Assembly: GCA_048013815.1 (NCBI GenBank)
Contig: CM106585.1
Span: 5,084,001-5,148,000 of the forward strand
Length of the DNA: 64,000 nucleotides
Source: Setoptus koraiensis
Lineage: Eukaryota; Animalia; Arthropoda
Reading direction: 5' to 3'
Made by a program: the position numbers and the translations under genes. The notes below the pieces were generated by a model. That model was not told the origin of the DNA, searched no databases, and was given only the letters and a program-made list of their open reading frames with translations. How positions within the stretch are numbered: position 1 is the stretch's first letter; each line of letters begins with the position of its first letter. Shown here in pieces: positions 25,880-39,200 of the stretch.

Positions 25880-26440
25880 AACGTCAATTCAATTAGTCAC
25901 TGTTACTGGTCACTGTCGGCTTGCTGTCGGTTTGCTGTCCGTCTAATGTCCGTTCACTATCGGTTTGCCCTTAATTTCCTCTAATGTATCAATCAATGTA
26001 ATATTATCGTGAACGGCAGCGCCGTTCCAATTGCGCCACACCATTCAACGGTGCTGCTGTATACCATGATAGTGCATATATCATGTGGATATCATGCGGA
26101 TATCGTGTGGATATCGTGTGGATATATGAGCTAGTGGCAAGTTGATGTGTGTCATACTATGTAGTTGCACTCGGCTCACTTGGCATATTAGAATCCCCAC
26201 AAAACGATCACTCATGTTAATGATGTCCGGTCATCATAACGAGCCAGCTGGACACATACCGACCACAAACAGTGGCCGAGCCCGTTGGTGCCGGTGGATT
26301 AAATGTGGCCAGACACACTTGTTTCTGTTTTGCGGTCGTGTTGGTCATTTTTATCTTCTATGTCTGTGTTTGTGGCCCTCACACTGGCCACTATTGTTAC
26401 ATGACCATCATTATTATTATCATATATGCCAACAACAATT
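25880..26440 (+). repeat. Non-coding module copy C (partial direct repeat of ~21700-22270, offset ~4.2 kb)
   Basis: Exact 23-mer ATCACTCATGTTAATGATGTCCG at 22001 and 26207; a similar GGTCA.TTT.ATCTTCT..GTC.GTGT block at 22145 and 26343. Confidence 0.8.
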
Positions 26441-29400
26441 GAACAAGCACAAGTGTTGTGCAAAATAGTAGACTCTCTCGAGCCTATCTAATCTTTTGTT
26501 TTCCACCAGCAGCAGCATAATGGAGCATAATTTGCATATGACGCAACCACCGACGACGCACCACGACGATTCGAGCGTTATATAAGCGTGCTTATCTAAT
26601 AGTGAGAGCACGTATCGCTCGCTAATAATGGTGGCGCAACATTGGGGTGGCAATACTCAAATTGTATTTGTAATGGTCACTTATGTAGATTATAAAATGC
26701 CGAATGTCCTCCGAACCCGTCATAGTTGATCTGTCATATTGTAACAATGATGCAATGTGTGACAAGTGATAGTATAACCGACACCATGCAAATATCTCGA
26801 TTAAACCAAGCGTAAGTGCCAAGTTGCAGCTGATTATATTCCCTCCCTCGCAGCCTCTACTATTAAATATCTGATGTATCCAAAGCACATAAAATATCGT
26901 CTAGACTAGCTGCTGGCTCTCCTTTTTTTTCTTGTTCGCTATTCCGACTATGCCGCTGTTGCCTAGATATAATCAAACAGGATTGTCTTCTGCACCTCTC
27001 TATCCAGGGTGACCAAACGACGCCAGACGAAACGATTGAGAATCATCGATCAATTGATTATTCAAGCCGAGTAGCAGATGTCTAATGAAATCTGTGCCAT
27101 CCATTTTTGTTGTTGCTGCTGCTGCTGTTGGGATATTAGCATATTATCATGCCCAAACGAATGATCATTCACTCGCTTTTTTTGTACACATATTACATAT
27201 CATTAGTTTTCCATCTCATTCTTTGGGTGAATAACTTGAGTGAACCTCCTATATCTTGCTTATTATTCTTTGCCTGGCTCGATGGTGCCTTCTCGATTGC
27301 GCCAGTTAGAATTTTCTCGATAATAAACGCCGACCGCACAGTGCATCGGCGGCCGAGCCTAGCGCGCACTTGAATTAATCAATTAGTTGATTGGGGCCCA
27401 TGAATGATCGATATTTCTATGTTCTCATATACAGTTCAATTATAAATAGATACAAATCTACTCTACGAGACTACATCCGACGATTATCTAATCATTGACA
27501 GAGAATTGAATTTCTTCATTCCAATATCATATGAATGCTATTGGAATCGGGAAATATCTGCACAATTGAACAGATAGCATCTACTAATGTGTCCCGGGGT
27601 CATTGTAGTTTGGCGTTGAGCGATCTTGGATTTAGAGATTAATATTCACTCAGACATAGGAGCGTTCAGTCTAACGGAATGGATAAAGGCAACCCCATTA
27701 ATCTGAAATATCTAAATTTAGACTCACAAACGGGGAAGCTTAAAGAGGCCCGAATCTAAAAAGATTGTCTTTGCATTGGATACATTCAAAAAAGCTGATA
27801 GCTGCATTGAGAAACCAGACAAGCTGTTTGGCATATGTACAAGTAAAATTGGATTTGTTCTCCTGCCGATGTACCTCGCGAGAGGTCGATAACACAGAGA
27901 AATGGAGTATCGAATTTCGACGATGATTGTCAAATAGCATCAATGGAAATCATAAATCTCGACATTCCTACAGCAAGAGTGTCTGATTACATGTTTTGAT
28001 CAAGAACTGATAGCACCACACAAAGTAAGATGTCTGCTTGCAAGGAGAACAAGACAAGACATAATCGAAATTTATCTGGGTTCTCTTATCTTGGCTATCT
28101 GCTGAAAAGAGGTCTGCGAAACAGATAATTCTTCAACTCGTAGTCTCAACATGATGCAAACAGCGTCCTAGAAGCTCAAGTGTTCCCTTAGAGATACATC
28201 GCCAAATAACGCTCTTTATCCAGTTAGAAAATCCCCAACAGGGGGATTCTTCTTTGAAGGATTCAGTATCTTTTATTTTGCTGTTTTTGTTGTTATATGA
28301 CAAGATACATTTGAGAGGCGCCCTCGACACAACTGTTCAAAGGAGAGAGAAAAAAGACTTGAATGGATCCACAACAGGACTACAAATGAGTTGTTTTCTA
28401 TAAATTGACGGTACACGGAATAATTTATTAGTTTGTTCGCGACAGAATTGCGCATCATCTTACATTGTACAAAAGTACACACCTGAGAAAACTTTCTTTC
28501 GAAAAAAGTCGTGCACAACTCGACCGGTCTTAACGAGATTAAGCGTGACGTAGCTTATTTATTCGCTTGCTCGTATAAGAATTGGTGTCGGAGAGATTTC
28601 TTGCATGCGATTCGGGCCCTCCAATCCGGAAATGGCCTAGAAAGATGAAAGGAAATGAACGTTAGTCAACAGTTACTCTGTCGATCCGCAAATATCTTAC
28701 CTCCCTCCTAGGTTGTTTATTCATTATGAGTGGCACCAGCTAATCCATAATAAGCATAAACTATCTCCCACGACTGCTAAGCTCTTTCTTTCCCTTCACA
28801 CAACTGTGCAATCGGTAGCAATGGGTGTTATCATGGTTCACTTGACTTACCAACTGGAATTGCACTGTAACGGAAAAAGATTATCGAGGATATAGCGAGG
28901 CAACTTAATTAATTACTGAGCAACGTTTTTTTTTTGGCTGAGTTTCATTTCGATTTGATTTCGATCTGCCTCTACCAGGGAACTATTTGAAATGAGCCGG
29001 AAAAATTAATCAAGAATTGTCTAAGTCTTATCGGTTCGCCCTGGTATTAACTCGCTGATCAATCTCGTTGATAAACATTACGTTCGCATCATCAGTGGAA
29101 TAGTTAGTGATTCCAGGTGCTACAATGATTGTTTGATTTTCCCGATTTTCCGCCGGACTTTTTCTTCATATCTATTTATCAGACTGACCAATTAAGAAAT
29201 TGTCTTCAATGAACGAACTGTCCATCATATTCCAGATAAAAGTGGAAGCCCTTTGCTCGGCAACACATTCATACAAGCGAACTGAGTGTTGGTTGATACG
29301 GTCGACCGCATTCATCTGGCAATTAGTTAGTTTGACTTTTGCTGCTCCTACAGTGAACCTCACTGATACAATGCAGCAATCTTCGCCCACTTTGAGACAA

Positions 29401-29789
29401 ACCAATATGGTTTACGTTTTTGCCCAAACACTCGATATGCTGCTGCTATTGATTACCCATTCCTCATTACCGGCATATCGCATGATCACCGTCTATGTCT
29501 CAGGTAAAAATGTTGTTACATAACTACAGGGCCAGTTGCGGAACTCATGTGTATTCTCGTGTGATCCATGAGAGACTCGAAGTATCTTGTATCTCGTTTC
29601 ATTAAGGGTACCAAATTGTACTCTTTCTCCTTTCTGGTTTGTTTCCCCAAGTCGCTCGCGCATGATACGAGTCACAACTTCAGATTTGATCGTTCTTTAT
29701 AGACCCTCATTACATCACTATGGCTCCCTCTCTTTCTCTGACTCACTGCTTCCTTTGTGTCAAATCTTCGATTGTGTTTTTATCCGCAC

Positions 29790-29819
29790 CTCTCTTTCTC
29801 TCTCTCTCTCTCTCTCTCT
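29790..29819. repeat. (CT)n microsatellite
   Basis: Read directly. Confidence 0.9.
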
Positions 29820-32800
29820 GTGACAGTGAGTGTCATACTGTCCTGATATTGCTAACATTGCGGTTTTCCACTGCACTCGGGCTTAGGCCGAAGCGCTGTC
29901 GAGTGTGGAAGTATGTTTGAATGAGTTCATGAAATAAACTTCTACAATTCATAGCCGTCATTCATGGACTCATATTCTTATGATGTTTTCCCTTATTCCT
30001 TTGCTTTTCAGTTGTGAATTCTAACTCTACTGTTTTCCAAAGGGATTCTTTGCCGACTTTGTTTATCAAAATTGTAAACACGATCCAACTTGGCACTTGA
30101 TAACTAATGGCGCCACTTACACCTAAATCTAGCTAGGCTCTAGCCAAACAACGATGCCACTATAGTACATAACGAGGCTTGTTATATTACACTGGGTGGT
30201 GGCATTTCATCAGATACTTCTGTAGCTGTCGTTGTTATTATTATTATTGTAGTGATGTCCCCTTTAGTGGTGTTTTTGTTGTTGTTGATTTTTGCTACTA
30301 GTTCCACCAGTTTAATAAAAATACAGTGGGGGCACTAACGCAAAAACCAGACTCTACTTGCTGTATAGCTAGCTGTCAGCGAGAGCTAGCCTGGTTTCCC
30401 CACAATTTATTATTGCAATCATTATTGATATTGTTTTATCGAGAAACTGCATTATAAGGTGGCGCATTAAAGGACAATAAATTGACGAAACTCGACTATG
30501 TGAGGGAGGCGAGAGAAGAATAAGTTGAATTAAGTCTCTCGTATCAAAAGGGTGCCAGCTGTAAGTGCCAGCTCCGCATGTCCATGAACAGAATACATTG
30601 ATACTCAAAGTGTTTCCACTGTAGTGCTAAACCTCACTCGCCGGAATAAGAACACCGAAATTGCTCCAAGGCCATTGGGAGTGTGCCGACTTAAGACACA
30701 CACAGTACCCTCTCTTTTTCTTAAATTCGCAAGTTCAATAGCTGGGGGATTTCTATCGGGCTATCACATTGTACTGTGTGCACTTTTCTCATGCTGATGC
30801 AACTCTCTAAAGCTTGCACAAATATAAACTTCAGTCATAAACTATCAAGCTCGCCTTATCAACAGCAATACTCACGAGTAAAGCGCATACGCTTGCAAAA
30901 TATATTTATATAAATGGGGAGAGAAAGGGAGACCTAGCGAGAGATCTTCAAGATAGTGGTGCCAGTATTTTGTGACTTTAGCTGTCGATTTAGCTTGTTC
31001 TTTATAAATATATTAATGTCCAGTGTTAGCAGCTTACTACTTAGTAATGGAATTTCTATGATAATGGCCGCTGCTGTTGCGAAGCCTTCTTAAAAAACTA
31101 TTCTCCAGCAGCTTTTCATGTCTGCAGTTTAAGGGTTCCTTTTGTGCTATGGCAACAAAAGTTTATTGTTCGAAAGCAAGTGGAAATGTAGTTTTTATCT
31201 ATTCCCTCTTTCACTTGGAGCTCCTCTTTCTTGATTTTACTATATTAGCGCAATCCGCTGAGTTGTGGTGTTAAATGGTTGATAGATTGGTGCTTGTCTA
31301 GCAGCCAAATATTCTGAACGATGAGGAATTAGCATAATTTGTTATATCGACAACCACCATGAAATATGTCACCTCCGTCTCAATTATATACTTATCAATC
31401 GTCGATGATATTGAGCTCATTGAAAATATCCTTAGTGCAGATATTGTGATAGTCGAGCCTTTGGATGTTTGTGTGCACGTGTAAGGAGCGAAAAGGGAAC
31501 GGTGATGGCGCATTTCCGGACAACAGCTATCCAGTAATGTGATAGAGCTGCACCGTGCGATAGTCTACTCTCGGCTTGATTCACTGAAATCCAGAGCGGG
31601 TTATTGCCGGTTTATTTACACTTTTCCGTTTTGATAAACAATTTCTAGTTTTTTCCGGTCTTTCTAGAACAGCGAGAAAAAAAAATGAGCTGCAATATCA
31701 GAAGTTTTCACTGTTCCGAGCCCGCTCGTTTATGAATCTAGCTCATTTGGGGCAGTAAGTAGTTCAGAGGGCTGCTCGGTTATTTATGAATAGAAGAAAA
31801 CAGGAAAAACTGCAGTTGTTGTAGGAAAAATCGATTCAGCCGAGCCTGGGCTGTGTTAGGACACATACGTTAGAACTACATTCAGATAGCCGGTTCGTTT
31901 CTTCATACTGAACAATAAAAATTGAATCACGCTGCTAAGCTGTAGATAGTTGTATGTCTGTATATCTAGAGAAAAGTAGAAAATTCAGCAACTCAAGTCG
32001 CTCTGTTGCTTCCGGAGTTTCAGAGAATTATTGCATCATCCAAAATTGGGCCGGCTGGAATAATGGCGAGTTGAAAATTTTCTAGCTACATAAAACTCTG
32101 GCTACATGATTGATAAAAACAATTCTAGCAACCTCTTTCTCTTTTTCAGCTTATATGTGCGCACCAATGGATTCGCATTCTTGTGTTGAGCCTCTCACGA
32201 GCAGCATATAGCAACAAGACTGTTAACTTTAGTGACAGCAAAATAGATTGTTGTTGTTGATGTCTGAGTGAAATGTGTTCTGGCAAGCGAAAAACCAGAG
32301 CGTGCATTGAATGATTAGTGTTGGAAGGACGGATCAGCGGTGAGGAGCGATTGTAGCATGAATGGGTGCCATTTTGTCTAGACGTACGTTGAGGATGCAT
32401 GTGAATGTGTGTTTGTGTGTGTGTGTGAGTGTGTGTGCGTGTGTGTTTCATTTTCGTTGGCCAAGTCGAAATCTGTCTTGGGTCCGTGGCTCGACACCTA
32501 AATGAGTTTATGGTGTTATGTGTGTTTATTTTTTCTTCTTTTCTGTTGTTCGGGGCACATTTTTTCTCTTCTTATCACAACTTTTAGTGACTCAACCACA
32601 GCCACCGATGTAGGTCGTAGTGTTCGTTTGTGCGACGACGGGTGGACTTACGCTCTCTCGATGGCATGAGAAATTGGTGATGGGCCTCTCTCTGGTATCT
32701 AAACACATAAATGTACAAATAACTGTTCAGTGCACTTCCAGTGTTGCTGGCGGAATATGGTCCCCAAAACGCTTACGCACAGAGCGATGCATGTGCGTGC

Positions 32801-33299
32801 CTATCTTTCTCTCTGGCATCTCGTCTAATGGGCGCACATCTTGTCTTGACGCGCTTAGTCGGGCCTACAAAAAGATTTCAAACATACAGCCACTGTAGTG
32901 TTTGAACGAGTTGCACCTGTGTAGTTATCAAGTTGACTGTTGAAATTGGACAGGATTGTAGGTGAGGGGAGCAAAAAGGGCCCAGTTCTATCGATATCGA
33001 TGTGATTGAGTGAATGATTTAGATGTTGTTTTAACTGCTTTTATTGTGTCCCTTTGGAATGTTGGTTGGCGCTCTGGTTCGCTGGTAAAGCAAGCTGTCT
33101 GTTTATTGAGACAGCAAAGATATCGCCTTGAAGAGGGATGCCATTTGTTAGCGGGCGCGTCACAGATTGATTCATAGCCATGTGTGGACCATTAACAGTT
33201 AATAGTGCAATTGTTTTTGAGACTGACTGAGATCCACCAAAACAAAACAAAACGAAACAAAGCAAAAGCGGTGCATTTTGCATCGCCGGCACGTTTAAT

Positions 33300-36200
33300 G
33301 GTCCTCTTTAGCTAATGCGGTTGCAAGGCGGCGTCGTAGCCCGGCGAGTGTCTTGTTGTGCAGTCTGTCTGTCTGTCTGGCTGTCTGTCTGTCTGGCTGG
33401 ACGAGTGGCAAGTTATAAATGGCCGCCCCAATTGCCTATTCCAGGTCTATTTATAGCTCCGTCTGCAAGTGGTCCGCTCCGTTTATGCTGTGTGTGTGTG
33501 CGTGGCTCGAACCCGAATTCAGGTTTCACAATCGTCGGGCGAAATCGAGAATGCGAATTTGTCGTACACAAGATATTTGCATACGACAAATTGGGTATTT
33601 GTATTTTGTATTTGTGCATGCAAAATGATGATGATGATGATAATTAGACGCTTGCGTAACGATGATAAGTGGCGGCACAATTAACAATTGAATTGAATCA
33701 TTTACTCTCGCGTGTTTACAACCCAGCTCAAGGCCAGACACTAGATGAACTTGGATGGCGCTCGCGCAATGCACAGAGCCGGCCTCATTAGGCGCTTTGA
33801 TTGTAAATTGCCATTGTCTAAGCCGGCGCAAGTGTGGCGACTATAGCGACCATGGCACAACCGCAGCGAATCGTTGGACAGCGAATTGTCGTGCAGCGAA
33901 TTGTCGTGCAGCGAATTGTTGTGCGGCGAATTGTTGGACAGCAACTGGCTCAACTTGTGACCGGCAACTTGAGTCTAGACACTCGTGGCCGGACTCAAGT
34001 TGCCAGTCGACGACAATGTAGCGGCGAGCTGGGGGCAACAGGCGGCCCACAGAGCACGGCGGAGTCTCATCTCCTAATTGCGGCCCGTGCTCATGATGAC
34101 ACGCTTGTGTGAACCGTGCCTTCGCATAACGTACACATGAGCGCCACCATGCTCCATTTTGGCGGCCATATTTGTTTTGTTGGCTTATGATTGGTTGCAG
34201 CATGCACGGTTGGCGACAAGACGCACACACACACACAAACACAATTCGGTGCAGCAGTGCAGCGAATTGTGCACCGGACGCGCCGAATGCGCGCGTGTAT
34301 TCTATTTCTGACAACACGTTTGGCGTCCCTCGGCACCAGCTCGGCAGCCGACTCGGCACCAGGCCAGCAAGCGACCGGCAGGCACGGTTGCATATTTGTG
34401 CTGCAGCAACCAACCAACACACGATCTGAGGCACACGCACCACGGTGCTGCAGCAACGGGCACAGGTTCCACCGGCTGGGTGCCTTACAACGACGTTAGT
34501 GTACGGCGCATGGTGTATGCACGCCATGACAACTGTGGTACTGACAACGCTCGATAAATTGTCGCAAGACGAGTCGCACACAACAAAGCGATCACTGGCG
34601 CCGCCGCCGCTTGTTACATAGGCGCGCGCGTTGCGTTGGTTCGCTGTCGGCCGGCGCGCACGCTACACACCACGTTGCACACAACAAGCGGGCACCAATG
34701 CAACGAGCGGCCAGATCAGACTAGATCAGATCAAATTAAACACTCGCTCGCTCACAGTGGCGACCTTTTGGGACACGTTCGATTGGCTGCCAGCATGTCC
34801 AAACCATACGCGCGCAAATTCCCTGGCCTCAACCCCTGCCCACCCCCCACTGCACCCTTTCGCCCATTGGTATGCGCGCGGCGTGCAAGTGTCGCGATGC
34901 CGACGCCTATTGGTCGCACCAACAACAAGCAGCCAGGCGGTTGCGTGCTAACACAGGCACGCACACACGAGCCACTAGAGTGGCTGGTAACTAGAGCATA
35001 TTGAAATGGGTCGCTTCATTTCGGTTGTCGCAAGCCACGCTGACACTGGCGATGTGGCGGCCAAGGCCAACAGTCAGCCTGAGAGAGGTGCGCACCAGCG
35101 GTGGCACCAGCGGGAGGTCCGCGGGCATAGATAGGTGTCGTGTCATGTTTTGCCAACTTTTTTGCCGCCAATTGATCGAATCAATCACGATTAGGGCGCA
35201 GCGGTAGCGGCCGACAATGGCATTAATATTTAGCATAGAACGTTCGACGGTGCGCACAACAAGCTCCAATTAATCTCACTCCGGTTCCCGTGAAGCGGCC
35301 ATACTTGCGGCCAAACTGCCAAACTATACTGCATTATAGCCGCCATAGCATGGCGGCCATAGCATGGCTATGGGCGACACTCGCTCGTACTGGCTAGACA
35401 GCGGGCCTCTGGCCAATCGGCGCGCAGGCACACACACAGTTTCGTATGGGGGGGGGGGCACAATAATAGAATTATTAAAAGTACAATGCCGACCGCTGTG
35501 CAACTTGATTATGCCATTGCGCATCAATTCAATATTGCGTTCGATCGCACCGGCACACATTGGCGGCGGCCGCGGCGGCCATTTTGCGTGCCATCGAACC
35601 GGTGCTATCGGTGGCATTTGTTCGACACATTAATCGAATTTAAACCAACGATTCGCACAACGCAGTTCGTACGCAGCGGCTCCGGTGCGTTACGGCAGCG
35701 CGCTTTTCATTACGGCCCAATCACCGGCGATATTCATTTAGACGAGCGGCCAGAAATATTTCTCTCTCTATCTCGATGCCTCCCCCGCCAACTTGTCTGC
35801 TCTGGCCCGCGATCAGCCCCACGAGGCCCCAATTATTTTTTCTATCCGAAGGATCCGTTCGGCGCTGAAATTAACTGCCCCATCGCGCAATGATCAATCA
35901 CGCAGTCAGCGGGTGGGGCGCCCCCGCACCCGTCCAACGCCCGGCCAGCGCCACGCATCGGACCCGTCCAGGGAGACATGCGATCCAAATGACGCCGCCG
36001 ACACTTGCACACCAATCGTATCACACTAATAATATCACACAACAATATCGCACAATAATATCACCAGCACAACACTGTCACCGCTCGCTAAATTGTCTAG
36101 CCAATTGGGAGATATGCCAGATTTAATTGAAAGCAACACTGCCGACACTCAACGCCTTTAGCGCATTTGCATATTCATGGCCACATTTGGATGGCAAGAC
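33300..36200. other. GC-rich non-coding block with many short inverted and tandem repeats
   Basis: Hairpins at 33556-33592 and 33958-34009; ~4 copies of the 15-bp unit CAGCGAATTGTCGTG at ~33865-33940; no credible ORF. Confidence 0.55.
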
Positions 36201-39200
36201 CATGTTGGCGAGTTACAGTGGTAAATAGTGACGTGGCAGCCGCACAAAAATATTTCTACTCCAACAAATTTGAATGGATCAGCTCAACAGTGGTGGTGGC
36301 GCCCGTTCAAATGAATTCAATTTCATTTGATTGCGCCATTCCATTTTTCATCATCTACGGGCATTGCTCCTAGCCACGAGCTAACATCTACAAAGAAGGC
36401 TATAGTGAATTGATTTGTAACAATTGTGATGCCAACATGCACTATTTGTGTACTTGAACACAATCGAGTCGCCTCTCTGACCTTTCACTCTCAAATGTTT
36501 GCTCAATATTTCGATTGTGTTCATATGCAAACGAGATGGCACGAGTCGCACCAACTTGGCTAGCTATCTAGATTGTTACTGTGTCAATATATACGCAATA
36601 AGCAATAAGTAGAGAGTTGCCTTTGCGAATGGCAGCACCACTAGGTAAATTAGTTTGATGACTAACACAACACATTGGGCAACCACTCAGCAAACATCCT
36701 GTCGTACGTCCCAAAAAATCTCTCAAAATTACGTTTGTAGATACTCTCAGAGGTGCCCCTTTTGTGCACTGCATCTAAGCGAGTTTACTGGCGTAAACTC
36801 GAATAACTAAGTAGTATATAAATTGCAAACATTTCTTTGTCCAAGATTTTCGGGTTACCCCAACCTGTACACAAATAGAGTGATGTGTCTTGAGGGCCGG
36901 CGGAGGGGATAAAAATAGTGAGCATAATCACTAATAATCCCCTTGGAGTGGTGCTAACAATTGTGTCATTCTGTCGCTATTCCGATCAGCAACTAATCAT
37001 TGCTCGTCTCGTTTGCTTGCAAAGTTGCGACAACAGTGGTAGATTTCGTTCCGCCTATCGTCTTCTTCTAGCCTGTCGACAACTTATCAATACGATCAGT
37101 GCAACTATAGAACTCCGGTCTGTCTTGACCTATTGAATGAAAGCACCAAGACGCGGCTCTCGGCGGTTCGCTAAAATGTTTGCCTTTGCCAATGCTATAA
37201 TTTAATGTATCACAGCATCAATGCTCGAGACTGGATCAGAAATCAGGTGACAGGCAGATAATGCTGACAAGTGCAGGCACTTGAGAAGTTCAGCTCAATC
37301 TCGAGAGGCAACATATATAATATAACATATGAGCGACTTTAGTTCTGTTGGATCAATCAATTGCTTTTGTTTGCTTGATGCTTTCAAGCGTATCTATCCA
37401 ATAGATCTGTCATGATCTGATGATAATCGATCTTACGAGATTTGCCCACGAGATCAAATCTTTTCCACCGTTTTTCTCTCTCACCGTTTTCATCTAGCCT
37501 CATATGTCCACCACAACTTATGTATATCTGCCTATTTTGGTGCCACTTTATCACGATTAGCCGATCTTGTTATTCTTCGATCAGAGAGCAAAGCTTGGAG
37601 ATTACGCTTGAGTAGATTTCTCACTTAACTGCTGATTATTTAACTCGACATTCATGAAAAGACACGCGAACAGTCTAGTCTGAGATGAGCCATAAATAGA
37701 AATTCTATCACTTACAACACAATGCCAGATCATTGTCGAATCAAAGTGACACATCCGGACGCAATCATCAAGTTCGCCATAACATAAAATCGCCTAGTTC
37801 AAGTATTGACGCGATTGCCATGGCTTGATTGAGCGATAAGTGGTCCCACAAACCCCGGTGTTGACTTAATTCTAATTTGCTCTACGTTAATGAAGGCCGT
37901 ATCGAGCAATGGTTCAATGATGACGCTACGCATTCTTTGTAATTTCGATCCACATAGACGACACTATCGTGACTGTCCGCCACATTTGAGTTAACGTTAA
38001 AATATCTGTCTAGACCGGCGAGTTTTCCCGGAACGAACAAATCTAGAGTTTGCGAATGTGATTAGCTGCTTTCATACGAGGCTAAAATTACGTAAACAGT
38101 GGCGTGGATACTGCGCCCGTTAACTAGCCAACAAACAATCTGTGTTCTATCATTAGGCTATGGTCGCCAAATCGCGTGCTGCACATCATGATGTTTCATT
38201 GTATTCGCCACCGACAGAACTGACAATAAATGGTAGAAAAGTAGTCGGGTTCTTCTACACAACCGTATAGGGAAAAACTCGAAAATTGGTGGCAATCATA
38301 CTTACAGTTTTTATCCGAAATTTCTAGCTATCAAAGAGACGGACTTTTTCAACGTGTGGCGCCAGAATTGGAGTTGCTATAGCCGAGTAAATGACGTTTG
38401 GGCTTTTCGTTTGGTCGCATTCGTTCTGGCGAGGTAGGTCGTTGTCAACGGCGCAATTGTTAGAGCAATTGTTAGCTTCGTTGGAGAAAGAACAGGCCAG
38501 AAAAAGAGTCATATCACAGGCAGTTGGAGTGTTGGAATTTCTAATATTTAGCTCTAGCTCGTCTACTGGGAGCTAGAGCTTTAATTACTTCTGGGCTGCT
38601 GTTTGCTTTCCAAATTAACTAATCCACAACCAATCTAGAGTCTGTTGGATGGGCTCGTCCAGTTTTCTATAAATATTTCAAGTCATTTTGGCTGTGCGAC
38701 TCTCAACTGACTGTCACTACCGAATCAATTAACCGAATCAATGAGAGCGCCGCTATCTGTCTGCCGGCTTTATTTTCGAACCCCTAAAGTAACAATCCAA
38801 TTACGATCATGGATCATGTAACAACATTCCACGCTAGCAGCACCATGTTCTCGATTGCTTTTCTCGTTTCGCGTTGCTGTCAATGTTTTGTGTTGTCGCC
38901 AAAAACAGCTACGCCATCAATTTGCATCATCTTACGTTTGTTTCAGCATTGAATTAGTCGCTTCGCTGTCATCAGTGTGTCAGCTCAAAATTGAGACAAA
39001 TGTGGCTGATTGTTAGTTTTGACGTTTGACACTGACAGTGATGACACTTGAGACACAATCAACACACAGCAGCGACAATTCACCCGTCACAGCTGAAATT
39101 TATGCACCAAATGAAGCTTCATGACATGTCAGACAGACAGAATTCACTAACACAAATACACTTTTACTTAGCCTGACAGTTTATTGTCTGTTAAATTGCG

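Noticed and set aside
21700-26440. LTR retrotransposon (B/C direct repeats as LTRs)
   Set aside because: No TG...CA ends, PBS, TSD or gag/pol remnants seen; the repeats are too diverged and patchy.
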